63,553 nucleotides of DNA from Octopus bimaculoides (Eukaryota): contig NC_068983.1 of assembly GCF_001194135.2 (NCBI RefSeq), positions 118,318,750 through 118,382,302 of the forward strand, read 5' to 3'. Below the pieces are notes generated by a model. It saw only the letters and a list, made by a program, of their open reading frames with translations. It had not been told where the DNA came from and made no database searches. Of the stretch, positions 37,362 to 51,716 are shown one piece after another; within the stretch, counting starts at the first letter, position 1; every line of letters begins with the position of its first letter. Made by a program: the position numbers and the translations under genes.

Positions 37362-40300
37362 NNNNNNNNNNNNNNNNNNNNNNNNNNNNNNNNNNNNNNN
37401 NNNNNNNNNNNNNNNNNNNNNNNNNNNNNNNNNNNNNNNNNNNNNNNNNNNNNNNNNNNNNNNNNNNNNNNNNNNNNNNNNNNNNNNNNNNNNNNNNNNN
37501 NNNNNNNNNNNNNNNNNNNNNNNNNNNNNNNNNNNNNNNNNNNNNNNNNNNNNNNNNNNNNNNNNNNNNNNNNNNNNNNNNNNNNNNNNNNNNNNNNNNN
37601 NNNNNNNNNNNNNNNNNNNNNNNNNNNNNNNNNNNNNNNNNNNNNNNNNNNNNNNNNNNNNNNNNNNNNNNNNNNNNNNNNNNNNNNNNNNNNNNNNNNN
37701 NNNNNNNNNNNNNNNNNNNNNNNNNNNNNNNNNNNNNNNNNNNNNNNNNNNNNNNNNNNNNNNNNNNNNNNNNNNNNNNNNNNNNNNNNNNNNNNNNNNN
37801 NNNNNNNNNNNNNNNNNNNNNNNNNNNNNNNNNNNNNNNNNNNNNNNNNNNNNNNNNNNNNNNNNNNNNNNNNNNNNNNNNNNNNNNNNNNNNNNNNNNN
37901 NNNNNNNNNNNNNNNNNNNNNNNNNNNNNNNNNNNNNNNNNNNNNNNNNNNNNNNNNNNNNNNNNNNNNNNNNNNNNNNNNNNNNNNNNNNNNNNNNNNN
38001 NNNNNNNNNNNNNNNNNNNNNNNNNNNNNNNNNNNNNNNNNNNNNNNNNNNNNNNNNNNNNNNNNNNNNNNNNNNNNNNNNNNNNATATATATATATATA
38101 TATATATACATTATATATATATATATGTGTGTGTGTGTGACAAGGCTGGCCCTTTGAATTATAGGCACAACAGAAACAGGAAGAAAGAGTGAGAGAAATT
38201 TGTGGTGAAAGAGTACAGCAGGGTTTGCCACCATCCCCTGCCGGAGCCTTGTGGAGCTTTAGGTGTTTTGGCTCAATAAACAGTCACAACGCCCGGTCTG
38301 GGAATCGAAACCGCGATCCTATGACCGCGAGTCCGCTGCCCTAACCACTGGGCCATTACACCTCCACGCTCATTCACTACACCTTCACCAAAGACCTTAT
38401 TGATATTTCAAGCTGTCTGGGATGCATTGGTTCCACGACGGAATTCATATTCATAAACAATACAAATTTTTTATTTATCCATGGGTTCACAAAAATTGAT
38501 TTACAAGAGAAAACTCACAATATAATCAGACACCATGAATTGCATTTCGAAAAGTGATGATGTAACTTTTCAGTGTTGTAAAGAGTGTCTTTCAGGTTCC
38601 CTCTACCAAATCTACTCACAAGGCTTTGGTCAGTGTGAGGCTATAGTAGAAAACACTTGCCCAAGGTGCCACGCAGTGGGACTGAATCTGGAACCATGTG
38701 GTTAGGAAACAAGCATCTTACCACACAGCTATGCCTGTGCACACACACATATATATGCAATGAATCTGATTTTTTTGTAGGAAATCTATAATCAATGACA
38801 CTGTTGTTCAAAAACGCATGAAATTTAAATATAAAATTACATATATTTTAAATAACTGGTGACAATCTTTCCACTCTCAGTGTAATCCATTCTTACTACT
38901 GCCTGTGTATTATCCATGATGAAGCAATTGCCACATCCTTTTGCCTTTTGCTGTTATGTTCTTTCAAATCTAATGGTAGACATATAGAACATCATGGATT
39001 TCACTACACCACCATCGTGCAACATTTATGTTTGTATAATATATCCTATACCCAAATATAAACCCTTCATTTTTGATGGGTACTACGCTAGTTAACTGTA
39101 TATTCTTATTAGTTTTATATTCTGGTGAATTTATGTCTGTGAAAATAATTGTACATAATACTTAGTCCCTATGGAAATATTGTTTGTTATTGTGAATAAC
39201 ATAATAAAAAAATAATTTGTAATTTGTACCAAAGATTAAAATAATCAAGTTGAAACTAGTCCCTCTTATCTTTAACAAATCTAATAAAATCCAAGCTGAC
39301 GATTAAGGTTGTACTACAAATATATATATGTGGGGAATGATGTGGAAATTTACAGAGTATAATGTTTAAATCACTTGTAGCAAGATAAATAACTTGTTCA
39401 ATCCTGATTTAAGCAAGCAGCTTTAAGATCAATGTGTAGTTTGAATCTGATAAATTCAAATTTTGAGTTCAAATATACAATTATGAATAGATATCTACTT
39501 CCAGAGATGCTACGACTTTAATTATATCTATATACATCCATCGAATATAAACTAGAAAAAGTTTATAAGTTTCAGTAATATCATTGTAAGTTTTGGAAAT
39601 TTTGCTTTCTATATTATATCAAAATTACTGTGAGATATATGTAAATAGCTTAAAAAAGATTATCAATTATGGAGAATCTGATAAAATTTACATCGAAATA
39701 TATTGTTAAAAGCTTTATTTAGAAAACTAGGCTTCAGTATATTCTGCATCTACTTGTTAGGAATTTATAATGTTTATGCTATCCCATGAAATAAGGCTTG
39801 AAAAGAAAAGCATGAAAAAGACAATTCTTATGGTCTTAATCTTAAGATTAGCTGCTACTTGTATTACTATTTTCTTACAGGATAGATTGAGGCAAATACA
39901 GTGCTGTAAAGTTTGAACAAACTATATATGTCATGCATTCCTCAATCAGGGGATTAAGATATACCTTATATGCATACACATTTTTGACATTTAAACATTT
40001 CTCAAAATTTTTTTTAAATATATCTCTTAATTCATTCTAGTTAAAATTAAAAAATTGCATTTTGAGCAATTCATAATAAATATTTGTTTCATGTTGATAG
40101 TTTTAAGTTATTTATATAAATTTTTGAGGTTAGCTCTCATTTATGCCTAATTATTGGAATTATACTTGTTAGAGTGAAGATTTATATTGGTAATTACTTT
40201 TATTAATTAAAAAGAGACCTAGTTTTACTTTTGTTAGAGATAAGCAGAATCCAGTTTTATAAACGTTTTGTTTAAGATTATTGATTAAATTGTGTTTATT

Positions 40301-41753
40301 ATTAACTGTACTGTAAATTTTATATTTACATTATTATATGCATTGATATAGCTTTCAGCTTCTGTCTTAGATAACTTTGTTTTTGCTTTATTTATACAGA
40401 TAAGTTGTGTGAGATATATTCAGCCATGTAGTGCCTTATGGAGGTTTAAATAATTTTGGTAACTTGGATTCTATTCTTGGTTTGAATATTTATTTGGGAT
40501 ATAGTAGAAAAGCTTGCTCATTTATTTAATTTACAGTTCTTATAGCCATTCCACTTATTAATAGCTATTACATTTGTTGTTCATTTCCAAATATCAAACA
40601 TTATCATTTGAAATATTCTGTCTATTCCCACCATAATATGATGAGACACTCCTAAACCAATTGTCAATGTTTGACTGTTGATAACAATATTTATTTTCTT
40701 AATTTCTGAGAGAAAAAAATACGTCATCTAGGATCTAGGACTTGAACAATAGAATGGTAAATTTTATAATTGAAACCAGAAGATATCAGTTTCAAATGTT
40801 TACCTCTGTACCACTTTAGTTGGTAATGGTTGCATATTTAACAAAAAAAAAAAAGATATTTTGAAGGTATCCTTACAAGTTTCTGATAATGTACATTGGC
40901 AGAGAAGTTCTATAAGATATTGCAATTAAAAAGTTTGCTCATGTTTGTGAACATTATTCCTGCAAGTTCTTTTTAATTCCTTAGTTGTTGAACTTACTTG
41001 ATCTGTGTCTGTTAAATGTTGTATTAGATTTTCTTAAAGCATATAATTTAACCATATGCATTTAAAAATATACTTTCAATGTAACTTAATCTGTTATTGT
41101 CATCAAATTAGTTAAGTTTCTAAATTGTAAGATTCAGTTGTGACTTATTTTAATTATAAATAATGAGATGTTGATTAGGGTATGGTAGAGAGGATTCTTT
41201 AGAGGATTCTCTAGTTCAGGTGCCACAAAATGCATCTTATACACTCTTTAAAATGGTTGGTATTAGAAAGAGCAATTGGCCTTACAAATGGAACATACAA
41301 GGTTTTCCTTGACTGATTTAGGAGGTAGCAATACTAAAAAAGAATTGAATCAGTTTTTGATGACATGTCCAAACCATGCCAGCATGAAGAAGCAAATGTA
41401 ACATATTTATCTTGATGACGCTTCTTGATTCTAACTGAAATTTTTTCACTAATGCTATTGGAAAGACATGGATGCCCAAATTTTCTGTTTGAACTCACCA
41501 CATAGCATTAAGACATCCTGGATATTAGGACATCCTTAAATATTAATTTAGGTTTTCTTTTTGTTTCAAAACACCAACCACTTTACAATGTAGGGGATGC
41601 ATTTTACTATAGCATCAGCACTTAGGTAATCTTATCCCTAGCTAGACTAACAAATCCTGTCCGTCTTACCCTTGTCAATAACTCAATATTTATAATTGAA
41701 ATAATACATAACTAAATCTTGAAACTCTTGAAACATGACAATGAAAAGAATAA

Positions 41754-41886
41754 CCCTTTAGCATTCAGATTACTCTGTCAAATATAATGCTTATTTATTC
41801 GCATTGTCTTCAATTGATCTGGCTGGTTTAAAGATAAAACAGTTAGAATATTTTGGCAGGATATAGCTGGTTTAAATGCTAAAGGG
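41754..41886. mobile_element. piggyBac-type MITE
   Basis: Perfect 12-bp TIR CCCTTTAGCATT/AATGCTAAAGGG, flanked by ATAA and TTAA. Confidence 0.75.
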
Positions 41887-42699
41887 TTAACATAAACTGA
41901 AAGTATTTTGTTAAATTATATATATAATATTTAACAGACACAGATCAGGTAAGAGATTCAACAACTGAAGAGTATTTTATTACTAGATTCTCAACACCAC
42001 CACCCCCTATTTATTCATATTTTGTACTTTTTAAGAATTAATATTTGATGAATATTTTTTTACTGTAAATTCTTATATTTTATCTTATAAAATAAGTAAC
42101 CCATCTCATCATGTATAGACATGTATCATGCTCTTGTTTTGCTATTCCACTTAAAATTAGTGATCATAAAACATTTAACTGATAATAGAACTTTTCTTAA
42201 TCTTTTTACCCCTTTTCTAATTACAAGTGAAATATGACCATGCGAGAGCACTGCAACCTTAACTAAATTTAAGTTGAAATCTCTTTCTGATATTTCATGT
42301 ATTCTTGGGCCAATAACGATATTCATGTTTTGGTATTCATTCTTACTTTCGTTTGCCCCCCCCCCCCCCNNNNNNNNNNNNNNNNNNNNNNNNNNNNNNN
42401 NNNGCTTCCCCCTTCAAAGTGATCTTACACTATAATAGTAAAGATGGTGATTTTAATACTTTGAAAATTTAACTTTTGTAGAGCTAAAGAAAAATTGTGT
42501 ATTTTCAGTGTTTCAATTTTTTCTTCCATAGCTCTCTATCATCTGCTGACCTCGTTATTGAATTGGATGCATGTTAATACTTGTTGACTGTGGTTGTGAA
42601 ATACTGCCCTTTGTGTACCACTCATTAATGAACAAAAGGTTACGCATGTGTATGTTTGTGTTGTGAGTACACTCTAACTTCTCTCTCTGTCTCAAACAC

Positions 42700-42719
42700 A
42701 CACACACACATGTGTGTAT

Positions 42720-42761
<42 letters not shown>

Positions 42762-42888
42762 TTTATGTATATATACATATATGTTTATATATATGTGTGT
42801 GTGTATGTATGTTTTTATAGATATATTTATTATATGTATATATATATATATATATATGTTTATATATATATATATGTGTGTATGTATG

Positions 42889-42941
<53 letters not shown>

Positions 42942-43225
42942 ATGTATGTTTTTATATATATATATATATATNNNNNNNNNNGTATGTGTGTTTTATGTAT
43001 ATATACATATATGTTTATATATATGTGTGTGTGTATGTATGTTTTTATAGATATATTTATTATATGTATATATATATATATATATATGTTTATATATATA
43101 TATGTGTGTATGTATGTTTTTATATATCTATTTATATGTATACATATATATGTATGTATGTTTATATATGTATGTATGTATATATGTATGTATGTATGTG
43201 TGTGTATACATATATGTATACCTTT
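42700..43225. repeat. Compound (TA)/(TG) block, with a segment duplicated across a 10-N gap
   Basis: The block from about 42752 recurs at 42982. Confidence 0.9.
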
Positions 43226-45992
43226 GTTGGATATTCAGACATATAATTATATAAATATTTACAAAAGGTCTATTACCTTTTTTTCTTTCATGACATTAGT
43301 TTACTAAGGTTTAATTTCTTTTCTTTTCTTGACTGAAAGTAAATTTATATCAGAATTATAATTTCAACACTGATGAAAAGCAGATTTTAATGTCTGAAAT
43401 AGAAAACTAAAATAACTCTCATTAGCAACCAATAGCTATAATTTTCTTACTAATCACAGGATTCTTTTCTACAATTTCATGATTTATTACTTACATATGC
43501 TATATTGATAATAATATAGTTACAGAGCTATGTGACAAGTTCTAGATGACCTGGGTCTATGGTTTAATGTTAATACTCATTTGGAGCCATTTGATTATAC
43601 TAATGCTGCTAATACTCTTGAGAAAAAAATAGAGGCACCATACAATCTTATTTCCCTACTTTTATAATTCTGAGGCCTTGTATTTATAGTTGGTTTAGAA
43701 TTGATTTCTGGAAGTAATTAAAAAAATACATCAGATTTCATTTGTATCCTGCAATTTCTCATTATTTACCTTCATTTCTTGTTGAAATGAATTTAAAATA
43801 ATGTAAAACCACTCTAGTGAGAATTCTTATTTCCAAAACTGGAATAAACCTTCAGAATATCATAAGTAATGGACTGATTCTACATTATTTATGAATACCA
43901 TTAAACAAACATTCTTATGCAATGAATTTAGCATTGCAGTCTTGCTATTTTTCCTCAATTGTGTTCTCATAATACTATACTGTTAAGTCATAGATCTAAA
44001 TATTATACTGGGATTAATATTTGTTTGGATTAAATGAAACCACTTTATATTTTTTCCTACAAATGACATTTGCCTGAACTATTTTGCCAAATGTTTTCAT
44101 GAAAATTTGTTAATGTTTAAAGTATTTTATATAAAAAATTTTATATTGTTTTATTGTCATTATTTATTTCACTCTCTGTAAAATACCACTCAGGTTGTTC
44201 TATGTTATGAATAAAATATTTCTTCAGTATTAAGAATTATTTCCACTCAAGTAATTTTTATTATTCAATAAAGTATACCTTTTCCCCAATTACTTAGATG
44301 ATTTCTTTTCATTTTTCTTTTCTTTTACTATAAATGATTTAACTCTCNNNNNNNNNNNNNNNNNNNNNNNNNNNNCCCCCCCCTTTTTTTTTTCAACATT
44401 TGAATTTTATACATTACTGAAATTTCTGCCATTTCAAGAACGGTTTTAGGTATTTCAAATAAATTAATATAATTTTGATAAATTACTCATAAATAAAATT
44501 TCTGAATAAGAGATTAGAAATGCAGACTATTATAAATAACACTGTGTAACAAAATTTATTTATTTAATGTCTTTGGCCAGTAAGTGTTATTTCTTATTTG
44601 TTTCTATCTAGAAATCAAAGGAAATGACTACTATTCCCTTCAAACTTTGCTTTTGTTTACTTGGACATCAATGTTTTAAAACTGATCTATTTTCCATTAC
44701 ATCTCAGACAGATTCAGTGCTGAGTTGCTGAAGCAGAAATATCGTTATAGCAAATATTCTGCTCAATATCACAGATTTGCTTGTCAGTTGCATGACCTTA
44801 ACCACTTGAGCATGTCCCTTAGTAGCTGATAATATGTGCATCTCTGATCATGAGCAGGAGTAGCAGGAAGCATCATAGCCATGTGTTTGAATAAATATTG
44901 TAACAAAAAGCAAAGTTTAAAGGAAATATTAGCCATTTTTCATACTTTCTAGGGATGAGCAAATAGGAAATAACAGTTGCTACTCAAAGACAAAAATAAT
45001 GTTACACAGTGTAATTAGTAGCAGATTCCTTTAGATTATTTAGGAAATTTTATTTATTTGCAAAGCAGCTTTGGTCTGAGGTCATGTGTGTTGAAACTGA
45101 AATTGTTAAAGAGTTGTTATAAACATATAAAGCACACACACATGTACACCATTCTATTGGTTTATATTTTACTTTGTAATAGTTTTATTATATTATAAAA
45201 TAACTGGAATAGAATATTAGTGACTAGATTGTATATGTATGATGAAAGATTTTGATAATTGAGTAGGAAACCATTTTAGTATATGGGCAAATTTAAAGTA
45301 CATAAAAATCTATAGGGAGGGGGATTGCTTTGCTGAGAAAAATAATGGATCTTTAATTTCACAAGTTCATTGGTAAAGAACTTATATTAAATTACTGCTT
45401 TATTATTAAGGTTTCAAGTATCTTCAACAACTGGTGTTTCAAATTTGGATGCAGCTGAAATTTTGCCTGAGAGTGAAGGGTTCCTGAACTTTGTTTTAAG
45501 TATTCAAATATTATTAAAAGTAAAACAAAAGTGAATATAAGAATAAAGATACATACCACAGAAAGAGAAAATGAACCAAGGAGAACAAGAGGAGACACAT
45601 GGGATAAAGAGTCACTGAAGAGATCACAGGATGTGTGATGAAAGAGCTTTGACAAAGAAACAATAACAATAATAATGAAGTTGAAGTAAAGACCAAACAT
45701 ACAGTGCATGTGTTTAAATGGCAAAATATGACCATCCCCAAGTATAACAATAAAAATGAATATAACTGTGTTTTAATTCATAGCTCTACCAAAATGCAAT
45801 TGTTATTTAAGGTCAGTACACTGAAATAGTACACTTTATCATGTTTAGCTTGGAAGATAATCCTAAAAGGTACAAAAAGGGTATAGTTTCTGATAAACTA
45901 AAGAAGCTAAAGACAAAAGTAATTGATGTAATTATGAAAGAAGTTTCGTTATTTGGTTTGCAAGATTCTTTATGTGAGTTCGTGTGTTGAAG

Positions 45993-46193
45993 CATATTCT
46001 GTTGTGTCTGGGGAGAGTCATTCTCTTTTAGTGCCTTATAATTTAACACACTCAGCAACTGTTGAAAAGGTTGCAAGACACAATGAAAATTTTAGAAAAA
46101 TAAATAAGTAAATGAATGGAAATTTTACCAGTGGGTGTGTTAAATTATAAGGCATTAAAAGAGAATGACTCTACCCAGGCACAACAGAATATG
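45993..46193. mobile_element. MITE-like element with 59-bp inverted arms
   Basis: 45993-46051 pairs with 46135-46193. Confidence 0.8.
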
Positions 46194-47217
46194 AAAGAAG
46201 TGCTTAGACATAATATTTAAAAAGTTATGTTTTTGTTTGAAATTAATGTGACTTATTTCCATCTGAAATGGCCAAAAGTGCATAAGTGTGCTTGAAATTA
46301 TTGACATATATACTACCAACATCTTGACATATACTCTACCAACACTTAGAGTTGTTTGTAACTAGTAACAAGTTGGTGAATAAAATTGGTAACTGAATAT
46401 TAATGTTCTAAACTTAACCATATGTATATATATAGAGAGAGAGAGAGAAAGAGAGAGAGGGGAGGTGAAGCTCATCAAGTGGACAAGGTGTTGAACTACT
46501 GGCCAAAACACCTAATGTCCACACCCTATATACAACAATACAGGATATACATGTTCAGTATACTATACATACAACATACTTTATATACAACAATATACTG
46601 TATACACAGTTGTTACACTTAACTCAGATACATTAGTCCACTTTGCTGTTGATAGGTACCATGGGCAGAACATCTCACAGCCACATGTAAGGATGACACT
46701 ATATAATTATTTTCTTACAAGTCCACAACTGGCAGGTGTAGGGTTTACTCTGTTGAATTGATCTCAGTATGTGACTGGTATTTATTTTAATGATTCTTGA
46801 ATGGACTTGAGGTAGAATTGACCTCAATGACATTTGAATTTTGTATGTCAAGCAGAGGTTTTCAAATTGTGTCACTGGTACTTTCTAGTTATGTCATGAA
46901 ATTAAGTTAAATCTCACCAGTTTTTAAGAACAACTTGGCTGTAAAGAATATTTAAGGTCTGATAACTCTGCCATTCAACACATGACTGGTGACATGTGAT
47001 ACAATATTTTCTTACTAACAAAATTTAATGTATCCTGAAAAATTTTATTATTGCAATGTGTGTTGCCAATATGAAAAATTCAAGAAGTATGGTGTAGTGG
47101 GATGAAAATAATGCTTTAAGGCAGGGGTTCTCAACCACCAGGCTGGGGACCAGTATTGGGTTATGGATCATTTACTCCTAAGCTACACAAGAAGAAGAAT
47201 TCTTAAAAATTTGGGTT

Positions 47218-47264
<47 letters not shown>

Positions 47265-47299
47265 TTGTATTACAATATAATCTTAGTTTAAATAGATTG

Positions 47300-47535
47300 T
47301 GTGCAAGAGAGAAGACTGTGCTGCTTTGTTCATGTGATGTGGATGGATGTAGACAGATTCATAAAGATGTGCCAATCACTTAGAGTGGATAGAACTCGTG
47401 GAAGTAGGAGACCCAGGAAGACATTGGACAAAGTACTGAAGGATGACCTCAGGACACTGAGCCTTATGGAGGAGATGACAAAGGACCAAGATATCTGGTG
47501 CCTTGCTATACTTAAGAAGACCCAGCCTTCATGGC
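47300..47535 (+). mobile_element. RTE LINE 3' end fragment
   Basis: ERRL...HVMWMD...RGSRRPRKTLDKVLKDDL...MTKDQDIW. Confidence 0.8.
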
Positions 47536-48319
47536 AGAATCGTTACTGCCACTCCCCCTGATGAAGAGGATTGGCCTGCAAGAGCCCTGTGCTGGTGCCA
47601 TGTAAAAAGCTCCCATGCTGGTGCCACATAAAAGCACCCATGCCAGCATCATATAATAGCACCCGTGCTAATGCCACATAAAAGCACCCATGCAGGTACA
47701 ATGTGAAAAACCCAGCACATTCTGTAAAGTAATTTGGCATTAGGAAGTGTATCCAACCATAGAAACCATACCAAAATAAACAATCAGAGCCTGATGCAGC
47801 TCTCCAGTTTACCAACACCGGTCAAATCATCCAACCCATGCCAGTATGAAAAAAGGACATTAAATGATGATGTAATAATTACGTTTGCATTATATATGCA
47901 ATAATTGAATTATATATATTACACACTTTGTATTTTGTTGTGTGTGATCTCCCAGTCTGTGGGGGAATTATCTTGCATAAAACTGGTCCATTGTGCAAAT
48001 GAAGGAAATTTTGTCAGCTTGCAATATTGAATTCAAATTCTCCATGAATATTGATTTCAAATTATAGCACAAGGCCTGCACTTTTGGGGAGGCAAGTAGG
48101 TCGATTACATCAACCACAGTGCTTAACTGGTACTTATCTCATCAACCCTGAAAGGATGAAAGGCAAAGTTGATCTCAGCGGAATTTGAACTCATAACTTT
48201 AAAACATGAAATGCCACAAAACATTTTGCTTGGTGTGCAAACAATTCTGCCAGCTCGCTGCCTTAAATTTTCCATGAATATTGCAATGTTGTCCTGAGAT
48301 CAGCCTTCAATACTTTTCC

Positions 48320-49090
48320 TGGGCCTTCCACTTTAAGTGATCTGTACATGGCTCTCACAGCCCTCACTAACCATTCTTCTACCCCTAGTTTCCTCATTGA
48401 CCACCAGATAATGGATTGGGGGACCCTGTCAAAGGCTTTCTCCATGTCAACGAAAGCCAAGTACAGAGGTTTATCCTTGGCTAGGTATTTCTCCTGCAGC
48501 TGTCTTACCAGAAATATAGCATCAGTGGTGCTTTTCCGTGGCACGAACCCAAACTGCATCTCATCTAAGCTGACTTGTTCCCTAATTAGTTGGGCTATGA
48601 CCCTCTCTGTGACTTTCATAATCTGATCTAACAACTTGATACCTCTGTAATTATTTGTATCTAAAGCGTCCCCTTTACCTTTGTAACAGTTGACTATGGT
48701 GTTGCTACACTAGTCATTGGGTATCACTCCTTCGTGTATCACCTGGTTAACAATACGGGTGACTAGGCTATAGCCGACACTACCAGATATTTTGAGCATC
48801 TCTGCAGTGATTCCTGATGGGCCAGGGGATTTCCTTGTCTTCATACTCTTAATTGCTTTATCTACCATGGTACTGTCAATTCGGATAACTGGTCCCTCTG
48901 TTGGGTCGACATTCGGCAGACCCTCTTTCTCCCATTCATTCTCATTATTGAGCAATCTTTCGTAGTGGCATCTCCGAACCTCTTTCTTTGCAGCCTTGTT
49001 TAGTGCAAGTGTACCATCATCCATGCGAACACATTTCTCTCCCACAACATCACGATTCTCTCTCACACACTGTCTTGCAACACGAAATAC
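48320..49090 (-). mobile_element. RTE LINE reverse transcriptase fragment
   Basis: KSPGPSGITAEMLK and EMQFGFVPRKSTTDAIFLVRQLQEKY...LAFVDMEKAFDRVP; stop between the two ORF pieces. Confidence 0.92.
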
Positions 49091-51232
49091 TTCACTGTCA
49101 ATGTATATCAATTAATTCAGAAAATAATCAAGAATTTGAAAGGGTTTATTTAGCAAAATAACATTTTTCATCATTAATCAGGAGTTTGGATTAAATCATC
49201 ATTAATTGTAAGTTAACAAAAAATTCTTACATAAAATTATGATGAAAGGTTTGAATTGAAATATTATTGCTTTAAAATACATTTTGCATGACAATCAGAA
49301 CCAGAACTCTTAATACTAATCCTCTTGAAAGGATTAGTATTAAAAGGGCTAATATGATATTCAGCTCATTTTGTCTTAGTTCTCAAGGCATGGTAGTTGT
49401 CATCATCGTCATCAGATGCTTGCCCAAAGTGACATGCAATAAGATGAAACCTGAAACTGTGATTATGTCACCCTTGTTGACTTCTGTCAACTTGAGTCTC
49501 TACATGGCTAAGCCTGTGCCCCCACCCACCCAAATGAGTTTTTACAATGACATTTCATAATGGCAGTGAAAAAAATGCACTGAAGTAATCATCATCATCA
49601 TCATCATTTAACATCCATCTTTCTTGCTGGCATGGGTTACATGGTTTGACAGGAGCTGGCAAGCCCCAGGATTAAACTAAGCTCTACTGTCTGCTTTGGC
49701 ATGGTTTCTATGGTTGGATGCCCTTCCTAATCCTAGTCAGTTTACAGAGTATACTGGTGTCTTTTTATGTGGCTCCAGCACCAGTGAGATCACCAAGTAA
49801 CTTGCAAGACAAAAACCCCCTCTGCTGAGAGAGGAGGTGTGGTATTGGGGGAGGTGGCTTTGTGCTGGGTGATGAGAGGTTTAACCATGATAGAAGGACA
49901 GAAACAAGTAACTTGCTGTAAAGGAGATACATGGGTACTCAAGTTGGAGAGAAGAGAGAGAGAGGAGAAAGAGAAAAGATGGTGATGATGTTTTAGAGCA
50001 GGAGTGTTATTATAAATAGCAAATGAACACAACCTTTGCTTTGTCTGTTTTATTCATAGGTACACCAATATTAACTTACCAGCTACATTTAAATCCCATG
50101 CAAGCTGGTTTAAGTAATCAACCATCCACCAAACCAAATATTTATCATAAAATTAGTAACAATAACAAACAAAGATAATTTTAGTATTGCAAACTCCTCT
50201 CTTACAGAATCAAACATCTTGTCTAATTCAAAAGAAATCAATACATCCTTCACATTTTCTTTACATATTGTCAACAAAAACTAAAGTATCAGACGGAAAA
50301 AAAAAAAAAACATCAGTATTGATTGCTGTATATAAGTAATTTGGTGCAAAATTGTTGGCAATGATGATGGCTAGTAATATGTAAATAACACAAGGCCAGA
50401 AAGTTGACAGCATGTGAGAGTGGGTGGATGGATGTTTGGTTAGTGGGAATTTCTGTTGCTAAGTTTCCACTTCCTTTCCCCACCAACAACTAGCAACAAT
50501 TTTGCAGGTGATAATTCACAGGTAATTTCTAACTTACCTTTTGTTTTCCATTGAAAGAATTACTAGATTTCTTTTTCAGTTTTGTATATATATTTATAGA
50601 TTTACATTTATTTTAAATAAGCATTTGATATGGTTTTAAATGATTATAGTTATGAAATATTTGTGGCTAGAAAACATAATTCAACTCTCAAGTGAAAGAA
50701 TATTATTACAGACACAATGATACAAGCCAGTAAGAACACAATTACATCATTTCACTTCCTCACAAAATTATCACACGAATCCCCCACACATACACACACA
50801 CACACTCACACACATTTATTGTTATGGGATGAAATTACTAGCCATCGTGAGGTATTGAATTTTCTAGTAACACCCCCATCCTCCTCCAAAATTGTTACTC
50901 TATGGTTATATTGAGTTCTCTCTTTAAGTTAGCTATACATAGAACATTATATTTAGGCTTATATGTATATGTGTGTGACTGGCGTTGAGCCAAAATAAGA
51001 AAAGTATACACGTGCATGTATATATATGTGTGTGTGTGTATGCATACATGCATATATGTATGTATAAATGTATGTGTGTGTGTATGTATATATATATATA
51101 TAAAAGGTACATAGGTATGTGATTAGAAAGCTTGTTTCCAAACCATGCAGATTTCTACTTTAGCCCCCAAAGCCTGTGAGTGGATTTGGTAGATGGAAAA
51201 TGAAAGAAATCCGCTGTGTATACATATACATA

Positions 51233-51264
<32 letters not shown>

Positions 51265-51533
51265 CATGTGTGTGTGTGTGTGTGCTTATATATACTGTTG
51301 TCTAGACATCACCTAATTGTTCTAAATCAGCATCAATGTCATGCAAGTGAGTTTTTTTGCTTTTAGTCTGCTGTGAAATGCATAAAATATAACCTTGCTT
51401 GGAAATAGGAGAAAGTGGGCAACAAGCAGGGCATCCACCATTGAATATCTGCCCCAACAAGCATAGAAAGTTGGATTTTAAATAATGATGACAGTGATGA
51501 TGATGAATATATATATATACAAATTATAATTAA

Positions 51534-51716
51534 GGGTGTCTAAAAGATACCACCATACTAGAGATAGCAGTCAAAACTTGACTCTAAAACCACATCAAGT
51601 ATTCATACAGCAACAAGAGAAAAGACTTTACTCCTGGTGTTGTATGAATACTTGATGTGGTTTTAGAGTCAAGTTTTGACTGCTATCTGTAGCATGGTGG
51701 TATCTTTTAGATACCC
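51534..51716. mobile_element. Hairpin MITE, TTAA|GGG...CCC|TTAA (Kolobok-like termini)
   Basis: Near-perfect 183-bp palindrome with TTAA at 51530-51533 and 51717-51720. Confidence 0.75.

Noticed and set aside
38398-38560. 55-codon open frame on the + strand (DLIDISSCLG...)
   Set aside because: No start codon, splice sites or recognisable homology.
42752-43120. Apparent tandem duplication across the 10-N gap
   Set aside because: Most likely overlapping contig ends that were not merged.
45392-45724. 110-aa - strand ORF with an apparent transmembrane segment
   Set aside because: The hydrophobicity follows from a pyrimidine-rich strand; no convincing acceptor or homology. Worth revisiting only if RNA-seq covers it.
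47555-47590. CTGATGAAGAGG...CCTGCAAG at the RTE/SINE junction
   Set aside because: The GAAA box is absent.
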